Assembly: GCA_958296135.2 (NCBI GenBank)
Contig: CATQHZ020000001.1
Span: 800,001-864,000, forward strand
Direction of reading: 5' to 3'
DNA from: an uncultured Poribacteria bacterium
GTDB lineage: Bacteria; Poribacteria; WGA-4E; WGA-3G
Length of the DNA: 64,000 nt
Shown here in pieces: positions 18,102 to 27,921 of this stretch. The notes under the pieces are model-generated. The model was not told the origin of the DNA and made no database searches. It saw only the letters and a list, made by a program, of their open reading frames with translations. Numbering within the stretch: the stretch's first letter is position 1; every line of letters begins with the position of its first letter. Both the position numbers and the translations under genes were made by a program.

Positions 18102-19732
18102 CACCGGCGATGACAGCACGGGTAAGACAACCGTTTCTGCATCAGTTATTCTCAACTGACGCATTGCGACAGACGAAAAAGATGAAAGTTGAACAACTGC
18201 ACGGGCCCAACGTAAAACCGTTTCAGATCTCTGATTTGGAACGTCTCGTACAAGAAGACTCTGCCGACATCTTCGGGCCGTTCGGGTTTCAGAAAGGCGG
18301 GCAGGTTATCGTTACGCGCGCGCCTGCACGGCTTGACATCATGGGCGGCGTTGCCGATTACTGCGGCGCGAACGTCTTTGAAATGACGCTGGAACGCATC
18401 GCTGTCGCGGCCTGTCAAGCGCGCGAAGATAGACACCTCCGCGCAGTGACACTCGGTGTCGGAAACCAGTATCTCTATCAGCCTACCAAACCTGAAAACG
18501 ATACCGGGAATACGGTGTCGCTCGGGGATAAGCGGGTGAAGCAGGGAGTTCAGATTTCGCTTGACGATTTCTATGCCGATGGCGCGCTCAAAACATACGC
18601 ACAAATTCGCGAACTTTTCAATAAGGATGCGCAAACTGCATGGAGCGGCTATATCCTCGGTGGGTTCTATGCCCTGCTAAAAGAAGGAAAGGTTGAACGT
18701 TTTCCGCACGGTGCCGCGATTGTCATCAAAAGCGACATTCCGATGGGTGCGGGGATTGCCTCATCGGCTGCCATTGAGGTGGCGGCGTTGATGGCAATCA
18801 ACAAACTTTATGAATTAAATTTGGGGGAGAGGGATATCGCTCAGGTGGCGCAAATCGTCGAAAACCGCATTATCGGCGCGCCGTGCGGCATCATGGACCA
18901 GGTGACTTCTGTCTCTGGAAAATGGGGAAAGATTCTCTCGATCCGGTGTCAACCCTCTCCGTCCTCAGTGTCCGATGTCCCTTATGAAATCCTTGAAGGT
19001 GTATCAAAGCCGTTTTACGTCAGTTTTGTCGGTGTGAACACGAAATCACCGCGCAGCACGACAAGCACCGCCTACATTGACGCGCGCACCGCTGCATTTA
19101 TGGGCTTGACAATCTTGCAGAAAGCGTTAAAATTAGAAGAGAACTATCTGTGCAACTTCTCCGTTCAGGAATTTCATGAGCAGTGCGCACCGTTGCTGCC
19201 TGAACAGATGCGCGGCGCGGAGTTTCTTGAAAAATACGGCGCGACCGTGGATACTGTCACGCACGTAGAGCCGAGAAAAGTGTATCCTGTCAGGAGTCGG
19301 GTGCAACACCCGATTTACGAAAACGAACGCGTCAAGCGGTTTATCGCCGCCTTGAAAAATGCGGGCAAACATCCGGAACACATTCGCGCCTACCTCAGAA
19401 AGGCGGGCGCGCTTATGTATGAATCCAACGCGAGTTACCGCGATTTAGCAGGGCTCGGTTCGCCGGAAGTGGATGGCCTTGTTGACATCGCGCAAAAAAT
19501 TGGCGAACCGGGTGGTATCTACGGTGCAAAAATTACCGGTGGTGGCGGTGGCGGCACCGTGGCCCTGCTCTGCTACGGCTTGGTTACCAAAACGTTGACA
19601 CAACTGCTCGCCGCCTACAAACTCGCTTGGGGACTTGACGCGGATATCTTCAGAGGTTCTACGGCCGGTGCCGCTGAATTCGGGCACTACCTGTGGGAGC
19701 TAAAAGAGAGCGAGCCGATCGAACATTTTTAA
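18098..19732 (+). CDS. GHMP sugar kinase (galactokinase/L-arabinokinase-like)
   Basis: 'RAPARLDIMGGVADY', 'IPMGAGIASSAA', 'PCGIMDQ', 'GAKITGGGGGG'. The start may instead be ATG 18182. Confidence 0.85.
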   Translation: MTPAMTARVRQPFLHQLFSTDALRQTKKMKVEQLHGPNVKPFQISDLERLVQEDSADIFGPFGFQKGGQVIVTRAPARLDIMGGVADYCGANVFEMTLERIAVAACQAREDRHLRAVTLGVGNQYLYQPTKPENDTGNTVSLGDKRVKQGVQISLDDFYADGALKTYAQIRELFNKDAQTAWSGYILGGFYALLKEGKVERFPHGAAIVIKSDIPMGAGIASSAAIEVAALMAINKLYELNLGERDIAQVAQIVENRIIGAPCGIMDQVTSVSGKWGKILSIRCQPSPSSVSDVPYEILEGVSKPFYVSFVGVNTKSPRSTTSTAYIDARTAAFMGLTILQKALKLEENYLCNFSVQEFHEQCAPLLPEQMRGAEFLEKYGATVDTVTHVEPRKVYPVRSRVQHPIYENERVKRFIAALKNAGKHPEHIRAYLRKAGALMYESNASYRDLAGLGSPEVDGLVDIAQKIGEPGGIYGAKITGGGGGGTVALLCYGLVTKTLTQLLAAYKLAWGLDADIFRGSTAGAAEFGHYLWELKESEPIEHF

Positions 19733-19943
19733 TCTTCGTTCCGTAGGCGTGCTTTGAAAGCGTGCCTACCGGGAATTTTCATATCTTCCGCTCCAGTGGA
19801 TGAAGGTTTTGTCAAAAACCTAAGTCTTGACAAGGAGCATGTCTATCAAGCCAGTCGAGCTGCCTGTCAGACCGGCGGACTCCTGTGAAGTCAACCGTCT
19901 CTGCATCAGTAATGCTCAATGAACGCATTGTGAAAGACGCAAA

Positions 19944-21896
19944 ATGCAAAACCGAGAAAAACGCCGCGATATCGGCGTAACATGGCGTGCAATCCTCATC
20001 GCCTTATTCCTCATACCCCCCAATGTATTTTGGGTCATCGAAGTTGAGTGTGTCTGGCATTCTGGGCATCCCACGACTATCTCCCTCTTCTGGAACGTTG
20101 TTCTCAACATCTTCTTCCTTATCTTGATAAACCTGTTTATCAAGCGTGTTGCACCGAAGTCGGCGTTGACGCAAGGCGAGATGATTACCATCTACGCGAT
20201 GCTCTCTATCGCCTCCGGTTTGGCTGGGCACGACACGCTGGCCCTCACAATTCCGGCATTGCCGCACGCTTTCTGGTTTGCAACGTTGGAGAACGATTGG
20301 GCGGACATGTTCCACAGTTATATCCCGCCGCATCTTGTCGTGGCCGATAAGGAAATTATTCGTGGATTTTATGAAGGCGACACGCCGTTTTACAATGCCA
20401 AAATCGGTGGCGCGTGGATAAAACCGACGCTGTGGTGGACATCGCTTATCGTCGCCCTCGGCACCATCATGATCTGCCTGAATGTGCTTATTCGGAAGCA
20501 GTGGACAGAGCATGAAAAGCTCGCCTACCCCATTATCCAGTTGCCGATGGCAATCACGGAGGGCGGCGGTGCCGCCAAACTCTTCCAAAATCGGCTTCTA
20601 TGGTATGGGTTTATCATCGCCGCTGCGCTGAATATTTGGCACGGCTTAGCGCATTTCTTTCCGGTGCTTCCCGATTTCAGTGTCAGACATAATGCGCGCA
20701 ACTGGGGAAAGTTCTTCACCGAAAAACCGTTGAATGCTGTTGGCAATATCCCCGTGCCGTTCTATCCGTTCGTCATCGGCTTAGGGTTCCTGTTACCGCT
20801 CGATCTCTCCTTTTCGATGTGGTTCTTCTTCCTATTTGAGAAAGCACAGCGAGTTTTCGGCAGTGCGCTGGCAATTCCAGCCCCTTTTCCCTATAATAGC
20901 GAACAATCTATCGGCGGCTGGATGGCAATCTTCGTCATCGCGCTTTTTGTAACGCGCAAACATATCGTCAACGTCGCACGCACCGTTTTCGGGCTGCCCG
21001 GCGGCATCGACGACACGCAAGAGCCCATCCGCTATCGCACGGCACTCGTGCTGATAGTTCTCGCGAGCCTTTTTATTATCTGGTTCTGCCTGAAGGCGGG
21101 AATGACGCTTCCGATTATCTTGCCGTTCTTCGCGTTCTTCTTCGCGATTTCATTGGCTATCACGCGCGTCCGTGCCGAGCTCGGCCCGCCTGCACACGAG
21201 ATGGCAGGGATGTGTAACGCGCAGCAGTTCCTCATCAATATCTTGGGCACGCGCGCTATCGGGCCGAATAACCTGACCGTTTTTCCCTATTTTTGGTTCT
21301 TCAGCGGGCGCGGGTATCGCGAACACATTATGCCGCATCAACTTGAGGCGTTTAAAATGGCGGAACGCGCCCGAATGAATACGAAACGGCTGGTGCTCGC
21401 CATGGTCATCGCCGTTGTTGTCGGCTCGCTCGCCTCGTTTTGGGCGACACTCAGCGAGCTCTATCGGTTAGGCGGCGCGATTACCGGTGCAGGCGGCGGC
21501 ATTGGGCCTTCCGTTGGACATATCGGGCAGTTTGGCTGGCTTGCGGGCCTGCTCGCTTTTCCGCGGGAGCCGGACATCCCCGCGATGAGTTTCATGGCTG
21601 GCGGCATGGGCTTCACCTTCCTCCTGATGTTCATGCGGATGCGCTTTATCTGGTGGCCGCTCCATCCTGCGGGGTATCCTATCTCAATGACGTTCGGTGT
21701 CGGCTATTTTTGGAGTTGCCTTGTGATTAGTTCCTTTCTGAAGTGGCTGGCACTCCGGTTCGGCGGGCCCGGCACTTATCGGCGGATGGTATTCTTTTTC
21801 TTTGGCGTTATCCTCGGCGAATACTGCGTCGGTGCGTTTTGGAGTGTGCTGAGCGTTATTATCCGCGAACCGATTTACGACTTCGCGCCGGGCTAA
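19944..21896 (+). CDS. Large polytopic membrane protein (DUF6785/DUF6784-like, putative transporter)
   Basis: Roughly 16 TM segments; 'RKQW..HEKLAYP', 'RVRAELG', 'WWPLHPAGY', 'FFFGVILGE'. Confidence 0.7.
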   Translation: MQNREKRRDIGVTWRAILIALFLIPPNVFWVIEVECVWHSGHPTTISLFWNVVLNIFFLILINLFIKRVAPKSALTQGEMITIYAMLSIASGLAGHDTLALTIPALPHAFWFATLENDWADMFHSYIPPHLVVADKEIIRGFYEGDTPFYNAKIGGAWIKPTLWWTSLIVALGTIMICLNVLIRKQWTEHEKLAYPIIQLPMAITEGGGAAKLFQNRLLWYGFIIAAALNIWHGLAHFFPVLPDFSVRHNARNWGKFFTEKPLNAVGNIPVPFYPFVIGLGFLLPLDLSFSMWFFFLFEKAQRVFGSALAIPAPFPYNSEQSIGGWMAIFVIALFVTRKHIVNVARTVFGLPGGIDDTQEPIRYRTALVLIVLASLFIIWFCLKAGMTLPIILPFFAFFFAISLAITRVRAELGPPAHEMAGMCNAQQFLINILGTRAIGPNNLTVFPYFWFFSGRGYREHIMPHQLEAFKMAERARMNTKRLVLAMVIAVVVGSLASFWATLSELYRLGGAITGAGGGIGPSVGHIGQFGWLAGLLAFPREPDIPAMSFMAGGMGFTFLLMFMRMRFIWWPLHPAGYPISMTFGVGYFWSCLVISSFLKWLALRFGGPGTYRRMVFFFFGVILGEYCVGAFWSVLSVIIREPIYDFAPG

Positions 21897-21981
21897 AACC
21901 GCCATTTTACCGTAGGGCGAGGGAAACCTGTCCCTCGCCATGCTTGGAGCAACACAAAACTCACGCTACGATACAAAAACG

Positions 21982-23046
21982 ATGCGCAACTTAACAAAAA
22001 CCTACTTTTTCGCACAAACCGTCCTTCTCCTCAGTCTCTTCGCGACGTTTGCTACTGCCGATGAAGGCAGTCACGCCGCCGAATTCCTGAGTCATGGAGT
22101 CGGCGCACGCGCATTAGGCATGGGGAGCGCGTTCGTCGCTACCGCTGACGATGCCACCGCTACCTATTGGAACCCCGCCGGGCTGACGCAAGTCAAAAAA
22201 CATAGTTTTTCGGCGATGTATGCCGATACTTTTAGGGCAGGAGAGGGGAGCTGGTTGAGCCGCGGTTTGGTTAACTACAATTTCGCGAACTATGTCTACC
22301 AGATTGAAGACATCGGCAGCGTCGGCGTGAGTTGGATGCGCCTCGGTGTTGACGATATTCCGCGCACGACTTTCATTGATACCAACAACAACGGTATCTT
22401 GGGCGATTTTCAGGACAAAAACGGGAACGGCATCAAAGAGGATGGCGAACTTTACATCGACCGGCCCGAAGTCGCCGAGTATTTCAGCAATACCGACACT
22501 GCTATCTTCATCTCCTATGCGCGCCAACTCCACTCCATCGTAGCTGTTGGCGGTAACCTGAAACTGCTCAATCAGGCGATTTTTGAGAATACCGGGCGCG
22601 GGTTCGGCGTAGATATCGGTGTCATCGTTGAGCCTTATCGAGGACTCCGGGTCGGCGCGCTGCTGCTTGATGCGACAGGCACGCAAGTCACGTGGGATAC
22701 GCCGGACGAACCGACGTTCACCCGTGGGCGGCGAATCAGATTGGGCAGTGCGTATCACTTTAGCGTGCCGCGCCTCGGCAAAGGTAGCATCGGCGCAGAT
22801 GTAGAAACCGGTCAGGCGGATTTGGAAGCAGGCGCAGCATCTGCAGGCGGGATGCTCTTCCGAGTAGGAGGAGAGTATTGGCTTTTTAACACGGTTGCCT
22901 TGCGCGGGGGTTGGAATGGGAAGGGGCTTTCTGTCGGTGCTGGCTTGCGCGTGAAGGTGAATACGATGGCGTTCTTCGTGGACTATGCCTTTAATACGCA
23001 CACCCTCGGCGGTTCGCAAAGGATTTCTGTTTCTGGGGAGTTTTAA
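21982..23046 (+). CDS. PorV/PorQ-like (UPF0164) outer-membrane beta-barrel
   Basis: 'EFLSHGVGARALGMGSAFVATADDATATYWNPAGL', 'VDYAF', C-terminal 'RISVSGEF'. Confidence 0.85.
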   Translation: MRNLTKTYFFAQTVLLLSLFATFATADEGSHAAEFLSHGVGARALGMGSAFVATADDATATYWNPAGLTQVKKHSFSAMYADTFRAGEGSWLSRGLVNYNFANYVYQIEDIGSVGVSWMRLGVDDIPRTTFIDTNNNGILGDFQDKNGNGIKEDGELYIDRPEVAEYFSNTDTAIFISYARQLHSIVAVGGNLKLLNQAIFENTGRGFGVDIGVIVEPYRGLRVGALLLDATGTQVTWDTPDEPTFTRGRRIRLGSAYHFSVPRLGKGSIGADVETGQADLEAGAASAGGMLFRVGGEYWLFNTVALRGGWNGKGLSVGAGLRVKVNTMAFFVDYAFNTHTLGGSQRISVSGEF

Positions 23047-23273
23047 GCCGCCTGCGTTTCCGTAGCGCGTGGGAAAACCTGGGCCTCGCTGTCACCGTGC
23101 GGCGTATTGGGATGGCAAAAATGCAGTCGGCGAACCTGTCGCAAGCGGGGTTTATTTTTATACCCTCACGGCGGGTGATTTCACGGCAACGCGGAAGATG
23201 CTCATTCGGAAGTAGGCGTTTTCCTGATTAACAGATGGTGTTTGGGCTTGCAAGTTCCCGAACACCGCCTGAT

Positions 23274-24470
23274 TCAGATAAGCGATGCCTGCTCAAAAAT
23301 GGTTTCCGCGCCCACCTGTATCCTTACCGGTGCCACATACGTGCGGAGAGTTTCAGGGTTCACGCGCACACCGAGCCCCGGCGCATCTTTCACGCGCACC
23401 ATCCCATCGGATGCAACGCGCAACGGTTCTGTCGTTAACTGCTGCGATAATGCTGAACCTGCCGCGGGATACTCTAGCAGCTCAAAATCCTCATTCGTTG
23501 CAAAGACGTGGCAAGAAGCGGCGAGACTCAAGTGGCTCTTGAACGTATGGTTGACGTACTGAATCCCGTGTTGTTCCGCAAGTAGCCGAACGCGAAAGGC
23601 AGTTGTAATGCCGCCGATACGTCCCACGTCAATCTGCACGAATTGAACGCCGCCGTGCACAACCAGGTCTTCCGCCATTCGGTAGGTGCTTGAGCCTTCG
23701 CCTGCCGCAATCGGGACAGGCGGTTTTCGCTGTGCGAGGGCACCGTACGCCGCAATCGCGTCGGGCGCGAGGGGCTCCTCTAACCACGTCGGTGCAAATT
23801 GCGCGAACGCCTCGGCACGCGCGGCAGCGGTTGCGTCATCGTGTCCCCAGGCGACACCTGCATCGAGCATGATTTGAGCTGCTTCGCCCATGCCTTCGCG
23901 GGCAGCCTGCACTAATGCAATATCGTTTGCCTCACCGAATTTGCCCATTGGCCCCCATCCGAACTTCGCAGCGCGATACCCCTGTTCGCGCAATCCCACG
24001 GCGATGTGATAGGTATCCTCCGGCGTATCGCCAAAAAGCACTGACGCATAAGGCAGTTTGGCGTGCGCAGTCTGGGAAGTGCCTGACATTTCGGCGAGCA
24101 GACGGTAGAGAGGCTTTCCTAGTTTCTGCCCGATAATATCCCACAAAGCGATGTCTGCGCCGCTATAGGCGTGTTGGATGTGTTGGATATCCAACCCGTT
24201 TTGCATCACTTTTTCGTGGAGCCGTAGCACATCGTCGGGACTATCCAGCGTTTCGCCTATCAGCGACTCGCGGATGTTGATGATATTCCCGTGCGACATC
24301 GGGCAGCAATAGACGGCGATGGAGACAAGCGGCGACGCATCACATTCGCCCCAGCCTTCCACGCCGGCATCGGTGCGGGCGCGGATAAGCAGTGTGTCTT
24401 GCGTTCCATCCGCGGCATCCGTGATGTGAGGCATCCGCAAATAGAACGCATCGATGGCGATAATTTTCAT
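23274..24470 (-). CDS. Mandelate racemase/muconate lactonizing enzyme family protein
   Basis: 'SGADIALWDIIG', 'AAKFGW', 'MLDAG', 'WLEEP', 'AAGE', 'QIDVGRIGG'. Confidence 0.9.
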   Translation of the reverse strand: MKIIAIDAFYLRMPHITDAADGTQDTLLIRARTDAGVEGWGECDASPLVSIAVYCCPMSHGNIINIRESLIGETLDSPDDVLRLHEKVMQNGLDIQHIQHAYSGADIALWDIIGQKLGKPLYRLLAEMSGTSQTAHAKLPYASVLFGDTPEDTYHIAVGLREQGYRAAKFGWGPMGKFGEANDIALVQAAREGMGEAAQIMLDAGVAWGHDDATAAARAEAFAQFAPTWLEEPLAPDAIAAYGALAQRKPPVPIAAGEGSSTYRMAEDLVVHGGVQFVQIDVGRIGGITTAFRVRLLAEQHGIQYVNHTFKSHLSLAASCHVFATNEDFELLEYPAAGSALSQQLTTEPLRVASDGMVRVKDAPGLGVRVNPETLRTYVAPVRIQVGAETIFEQASLI

Positions 24471-24478
24471 CTTTTTCG

Positions 24479-25036
24479 TTAATGTTCGTCGGTGTTTTCT
24501 GCTTCGGAAGCGATGGAAGGCACCGAAGAATCCTCTTCGTTTGTGGCAGCCATTGACACGGAGCGGAGGACTGAGATGAGGAACCAGCCGAATAATCCGA
24601 CAGCTGCGCCTGCGCAGGCCGCAATTGCCGCGCCTTTCGGTGTGGCAATCTTGTCCAACGTACCCGGGTCAAGTTCACAAGAGACATCCTTCAGATTTCT
24701 GAAGGCGACGATGCGTTTCTCGCCGTGTTGGACGTATTCTACGGTTGGCGCGCGGGGGCCATCTAGTTCAATATCGGCGTGTCCTGCGGGACTGCTCACT
24801 GCGACGCGGTTTGTGCCGGGTTCGCCTACCCAGCGTGCTTTCACGCCGTTGATTCCATCGGTGTCGCGAATCGGTTCCACCCGCGTTCGGGAGAGCGCAC
24901 TGCTCAGCAGCTCGAGCGCGATGTCCTTCGATTTTGCTAAGGCGTTTCCTAAGTTTATTGCATTCACGGTTGTTCTGTTCCCCGAAGTCTCAACATATCG
25001 AGATAAGTCGAGACTTCTAAGTTCCTGCTTCATCAC
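24479..25036 (-). CDS. Hypothetical protein with one C-terminal TM helix and acidic tail
   Basis: GGAGG RBS before GTG/ATG; ends 8 nt before the next gene's start; hydrophobic 'AAIAACAGAAVGLFGWFLISV'. Confidence 0.65.
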   Translation of the reverse strand: MMKQELRSLDLSRYVETSGNRTTVNAINLGNALAKSKDIALELLSSALSRTRVEPIRDTDGINGVKARWVGEPGTNRVAVSSPAGHADIELDGPRAPTVEYVQHGEKRIVAFRNLKDVSCELDPGTLDKIATPKGAAIAACAGAAVGLFGWFLISVLRSVSMAATNEEDSSVPSIASEAENTDEH

Positions 25037-25055
25037 TTACCGCCTCCGAAACGCA

Positions 25056-25441
25056 CCTGCCGATTTTGACGTAGGCATGCTTGGTCGGCGATCGTGCAGT
25101 GCTGTTTGCGAAAGCCAAACAGCACATCTTCGGCGTTCGGTAGTCCCGAACGCCTACACGATCGCCGGCGCGAAAGCCAAGCATGCCGAAGATGTCTTAT
25201 TCTGTAAACAGAATAAGACTGCGTCAAAATCGGAGAAATGCGAATACTACGAGGTCTTACGCGAGCGCCACAGGCGTTTTACGTCTCGGTCAAACCAGCC
25301 GCGACGTTGGTTTTGTAGTCTTAGATACTGCAGCGAGACAATCCTTTCTCCGATTTTTGCGCAGTGCTGTTTGCGAACAGGTCACAGACTGACCTATTCG
25401 GTAGTTTGTTATTACAAACTACCTACGCAAAAATCGGCAGG
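25056..25441. other. Highly structured non-coding element with nested inverted repeats and three three-way-junction units
   Basis: Terminal IR CCTGCCGATTTT..CGTAGG / CCTACG..AAAATCGGCAGG; perfect 9-11-bp hairpins at 25099-25125, 25132-25154, 25194-25219 and 25400-25423. Confidence 0.75.
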
Positions 25442-26062
25442 GAATCGCGTCGGACTTACAGCTCCCTCCACCGTCAGTGATGCCTGCGCACCGCCGACTA
25501 TTAATCCGCTTCACACGGGGGGTTAGGACATTACACATGCCTCTTGGTATCGTGCAGCAGGAAACGTTCTTCACGCTCCGTTCGCCAGCCTCTCATCTGA
25601 GAGATAAAACTACTTAAATCAGATATGTTACGAATTAACGAGACTTACCGAGAATTCAATCGATTTACTCGGATTTTCGGGCTCTAGCACTCTCCTCCTT
25701 TGTGGATAGAGGCTTGAAAAATAGTATCGCATGTTTCGCAAAGAAAATCAAGCGAAAATTCAGCACGATTCAATTTGCTGGCGCGAGGGTGAAAGGGGAC
25801 GGTTTTGAGGGATTCGCGAGGGACGGGGCCGTTTTTGCACTATTCCGTGCGTTCTGCTATAATCGTTTATAGCAATATCTGAATTCGGTCTGCACGCAAC
25901 CCGACCAGAAAGGATGGGGCAAAAGATGGAAAACGAAATCGTTCTGCAAAGAGTTAAAAAACTTGACAAAATTAAGGTTTTATGTCAAAATAGTTAAAAC
26001 CTAGTAAGAAAGCAAGGAAAAGTTAGTGAGCTATTAGCCACGATGAGGAAGTAGCGTTTCAC

Positions 26063-26719
26063 ATGCAGACCGATTCATTGACACCTTATGAACGAGAGAT
26101 TCCACTGTTCCCGCTGCAGGTAGTCCTATTCCCCGGCGGCGTGTTACCGCTTCATATTTTTGAACCGCGGTATCGCGAGATGGTGAAGTACTGTCTGGAC
26201 ACCGATTCCGAATTCGGAGTTGTTTTGATAAACGAGGGTACAGAGGCGGGTGAGTCCGCAAATCCCTATCGCGTTGGCACCGCCACGCGGATACTGGATG
26301 TCCAGCATTTACCCGATGGCCGTATGAACATCGTGACGGCGGGGGAGTATCGCTTTGAAATCCTTGACATTCAGGATGAACTCCCCTACCTCGTCGCGCA
26401 GGTTCGGCTGTTAGACGATGACTTCGCGTTGGAAGTTGAACCGGAGATAGAATCCCTCGCGGAAGAAAGTGCGGCACTCTATCAAACGTACGAGCTCTTA
26501 TCCAGCCGCCTGATTTTCGCATGGCAGCCGACAGAGGAAAACCCAGAACATCCACTGGAACTCGCCTATCAAATTGGTACGCGGCTCCGCATCTCGCTTG
26601 AGGAGAGACAATTGTTGTTGGAGACTGTCCGATTAGAGCAGCTTCTCACGCGCGAAATCGCTATTCTCAAAGACGAGAACCAGCGGATCTCCTTCCGGTT
26701 AATGGCGCGCAACAATTGA
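26063..26719 (+). CDS. Lon peptidase substrate-binding (N-terminal) domain protein
   Basis: 'IPLFPL..VLFPG..LPLHIFEPRYREM', 'VGT', 'LPDGR'. Confidence 0.9.
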   Translation: MQTDSLTPYEREIPLFPLQVVLFPGGVLPLHIFEPRYREMVKYCLDTDSEFGVVLINEGTEAGESANPYRVGTATRILDVQHLPDGRMNIVTAGEYRFEILDIQDELPYLVAQVRLLDDDFALEVEPEIESLAEESAALYQTYELLSSRLIFAWQPTEENPEHPLELAYQIGTRLRISLEERQLLLETVRLEQLLTREIAILKDENQRISFRLMARNN

Positions 26720-26731
26720 CACACGTGACGT

Positions 26732-27352
26732 ATGGAAACCCTCAAGGCTCCTGTTCATCAGTTTACTGAAACCCGGGCAATCCGCATTTCACGTCGGGAA
26801 TTTTTCTACATCAGCAATCTGCTATCGACTTTCAGACTGTTGATGGCCCCTTTTCTCTTTTATTTTATTTACCGTGCGCAGTGGCAGTTTGCGTCTGCGT
26901 GTGGTGCTATTGCCATCATCTCCGACCTGTTGGATGGTTTTTTTGCCCGGCGTTTGAATCAACACACGCAACTCGGCTACATCTTGGATCCGGTTGCTGA
27001 CAAATTCGTTATCGCCGCGGCGGTGTTCGCGCTGGTTTTGTCAAGCACGAGTTTCCCGATTTGGGCATTTGTCGTCATTGTCGTCCGCGATGTCTCTATT
27101 GTGCTGGGGAACGTTGTCTTGGCATACAAGGCGAAAATGATTACCCGTTCAAACCTCTGGGGAAAATGCACCAGTTTCGCGCTCTCCATTGCGCTGATGC
27201 TCTACCTTCTCCGGCCACTCCTGCCGCAATTGCCGGCGAAGGTTGAAATGTTCAGTCTCTGTGTCGCGCTGGTATTTGTGATTATTTCGACGGTGAGTTA
27301 TGCGCGGCACATGTTCCGTGTGCTAGAAACGCACCGTCATGTCAGCCGGTAA
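26732..27352 (+). CDS. CDP-alcohol phosphatidyltransferase (PgsA-like)
   Basis: 'SNLLSTFR', 'SDLLDGFFARR..Q.TQLG.ILDPVADK'. Confidence 0.9.
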   Translation: METLKAPVHQFTETRAIRISRREFFYISNLLSTFRLLMAPFLFYFIYRAQWQFASACGAIAIISDLLDGFFARRLNQHTQLGYILDPVADKFVIAAAVFALVLSSTSFPIWAFVVIVVRDVSIVLGNVVLAYKAKMITRSNLWGKCTSFALSIALMLYLLRPLLPQLPAKVEMFSLCVALVFVIISTVSYARHMFRVLETHRHVSR

Positions 27353-27375
27353 GCGGCGGAATTAGGAAATTTGGA

Positions 27376-27867
27376 ATGGAATTTTACATGCCGCTTTCCA
27401 ACGTCTCTGAAACGATAGGCGTTGAGGAAGAAATCATCAAAAACACGTTAGAACGTCGGGACGCGGATATTGAACCGTATCTGCGCGTCGTCTCTGCGCG
27501 CGCCGAGGGGAACAGCGCAACGAAGCCGCAATTGCAACTCCGCGTCGATGGGCTCGCACCCTTGATTAAGAAACTCTCCTACAACATCCCGACAGATGAC
27601 ATCATCGAGAATCTCATTTGTCAGATCGTGCTTCTCACGCATATCACTGAAATGAACGTGCGCTTGGAAGATGAGAATCAGGCGTTGCGCGCCGAGAACC
27701 AGCACCTCCGCGAGACAGTCGCTGCTCTGGACGAAGAGAACGACGAACTCGTCGCGAAGGTTGAGGAGAATCAGCAGCTGCATGTGCAGGTTGAGGACTT
27801 GACAAGCCAACTCAAGGAGAAAGAGGCGAAAACGTGGGTGGCACGTATCTTCCCAGGGCGGGATTGA
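27376..27867 (+). CDS. Hypothetical coiled-coil protein
   Basis: Heptad-rich 'LEDENQALRAENQHLRETVAALDEEN'; operon-like spacing with neighbours. Confidence 0.75.
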   Translation: MEFYMPLSNVSETIGVEEEIIKNTLERRDADIEPYLRVVSARAEGNSATKPQLQLRVDGLAPLIKKLSYNIPTDDIIENLICQIVLLTHITEMNVRLEDENQALRAENQHLRETVAALDEENDELVAKVEENQQLHVQVEDLTSQLKEKEAKTWVARIFPGRD

Positions 27868-27921
27868 TTCGCATTCCCAGTGGGCGCGGTTTGAAACCGC
27901 ACCTATGTTTGAGACATCACG

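Noticed and set aside
22114-23019. 301-aa minus-strand ORF and similar shadows (195-725, 13914-14588, 30995-31699, 46019-46654)
   Set aside because: They overlap well-supported genes; typical GC-rich antisense or off-frame ORFs.
25056-25441. Hammerhead ribozyme (GUA, CCGAAGA, three-way junction) or retron msr-msd
   Set aside because: No GAAA core strand follows stem II, the GTA is base-paired, and no reverse transcriptase is encoded in the window.
24492-25526. 344-aa plus-strand ORF
   Set aside because: Antisense shadow of the 24479-25036 gene running into palindromic non-coding DNA; no protein-like motifs.
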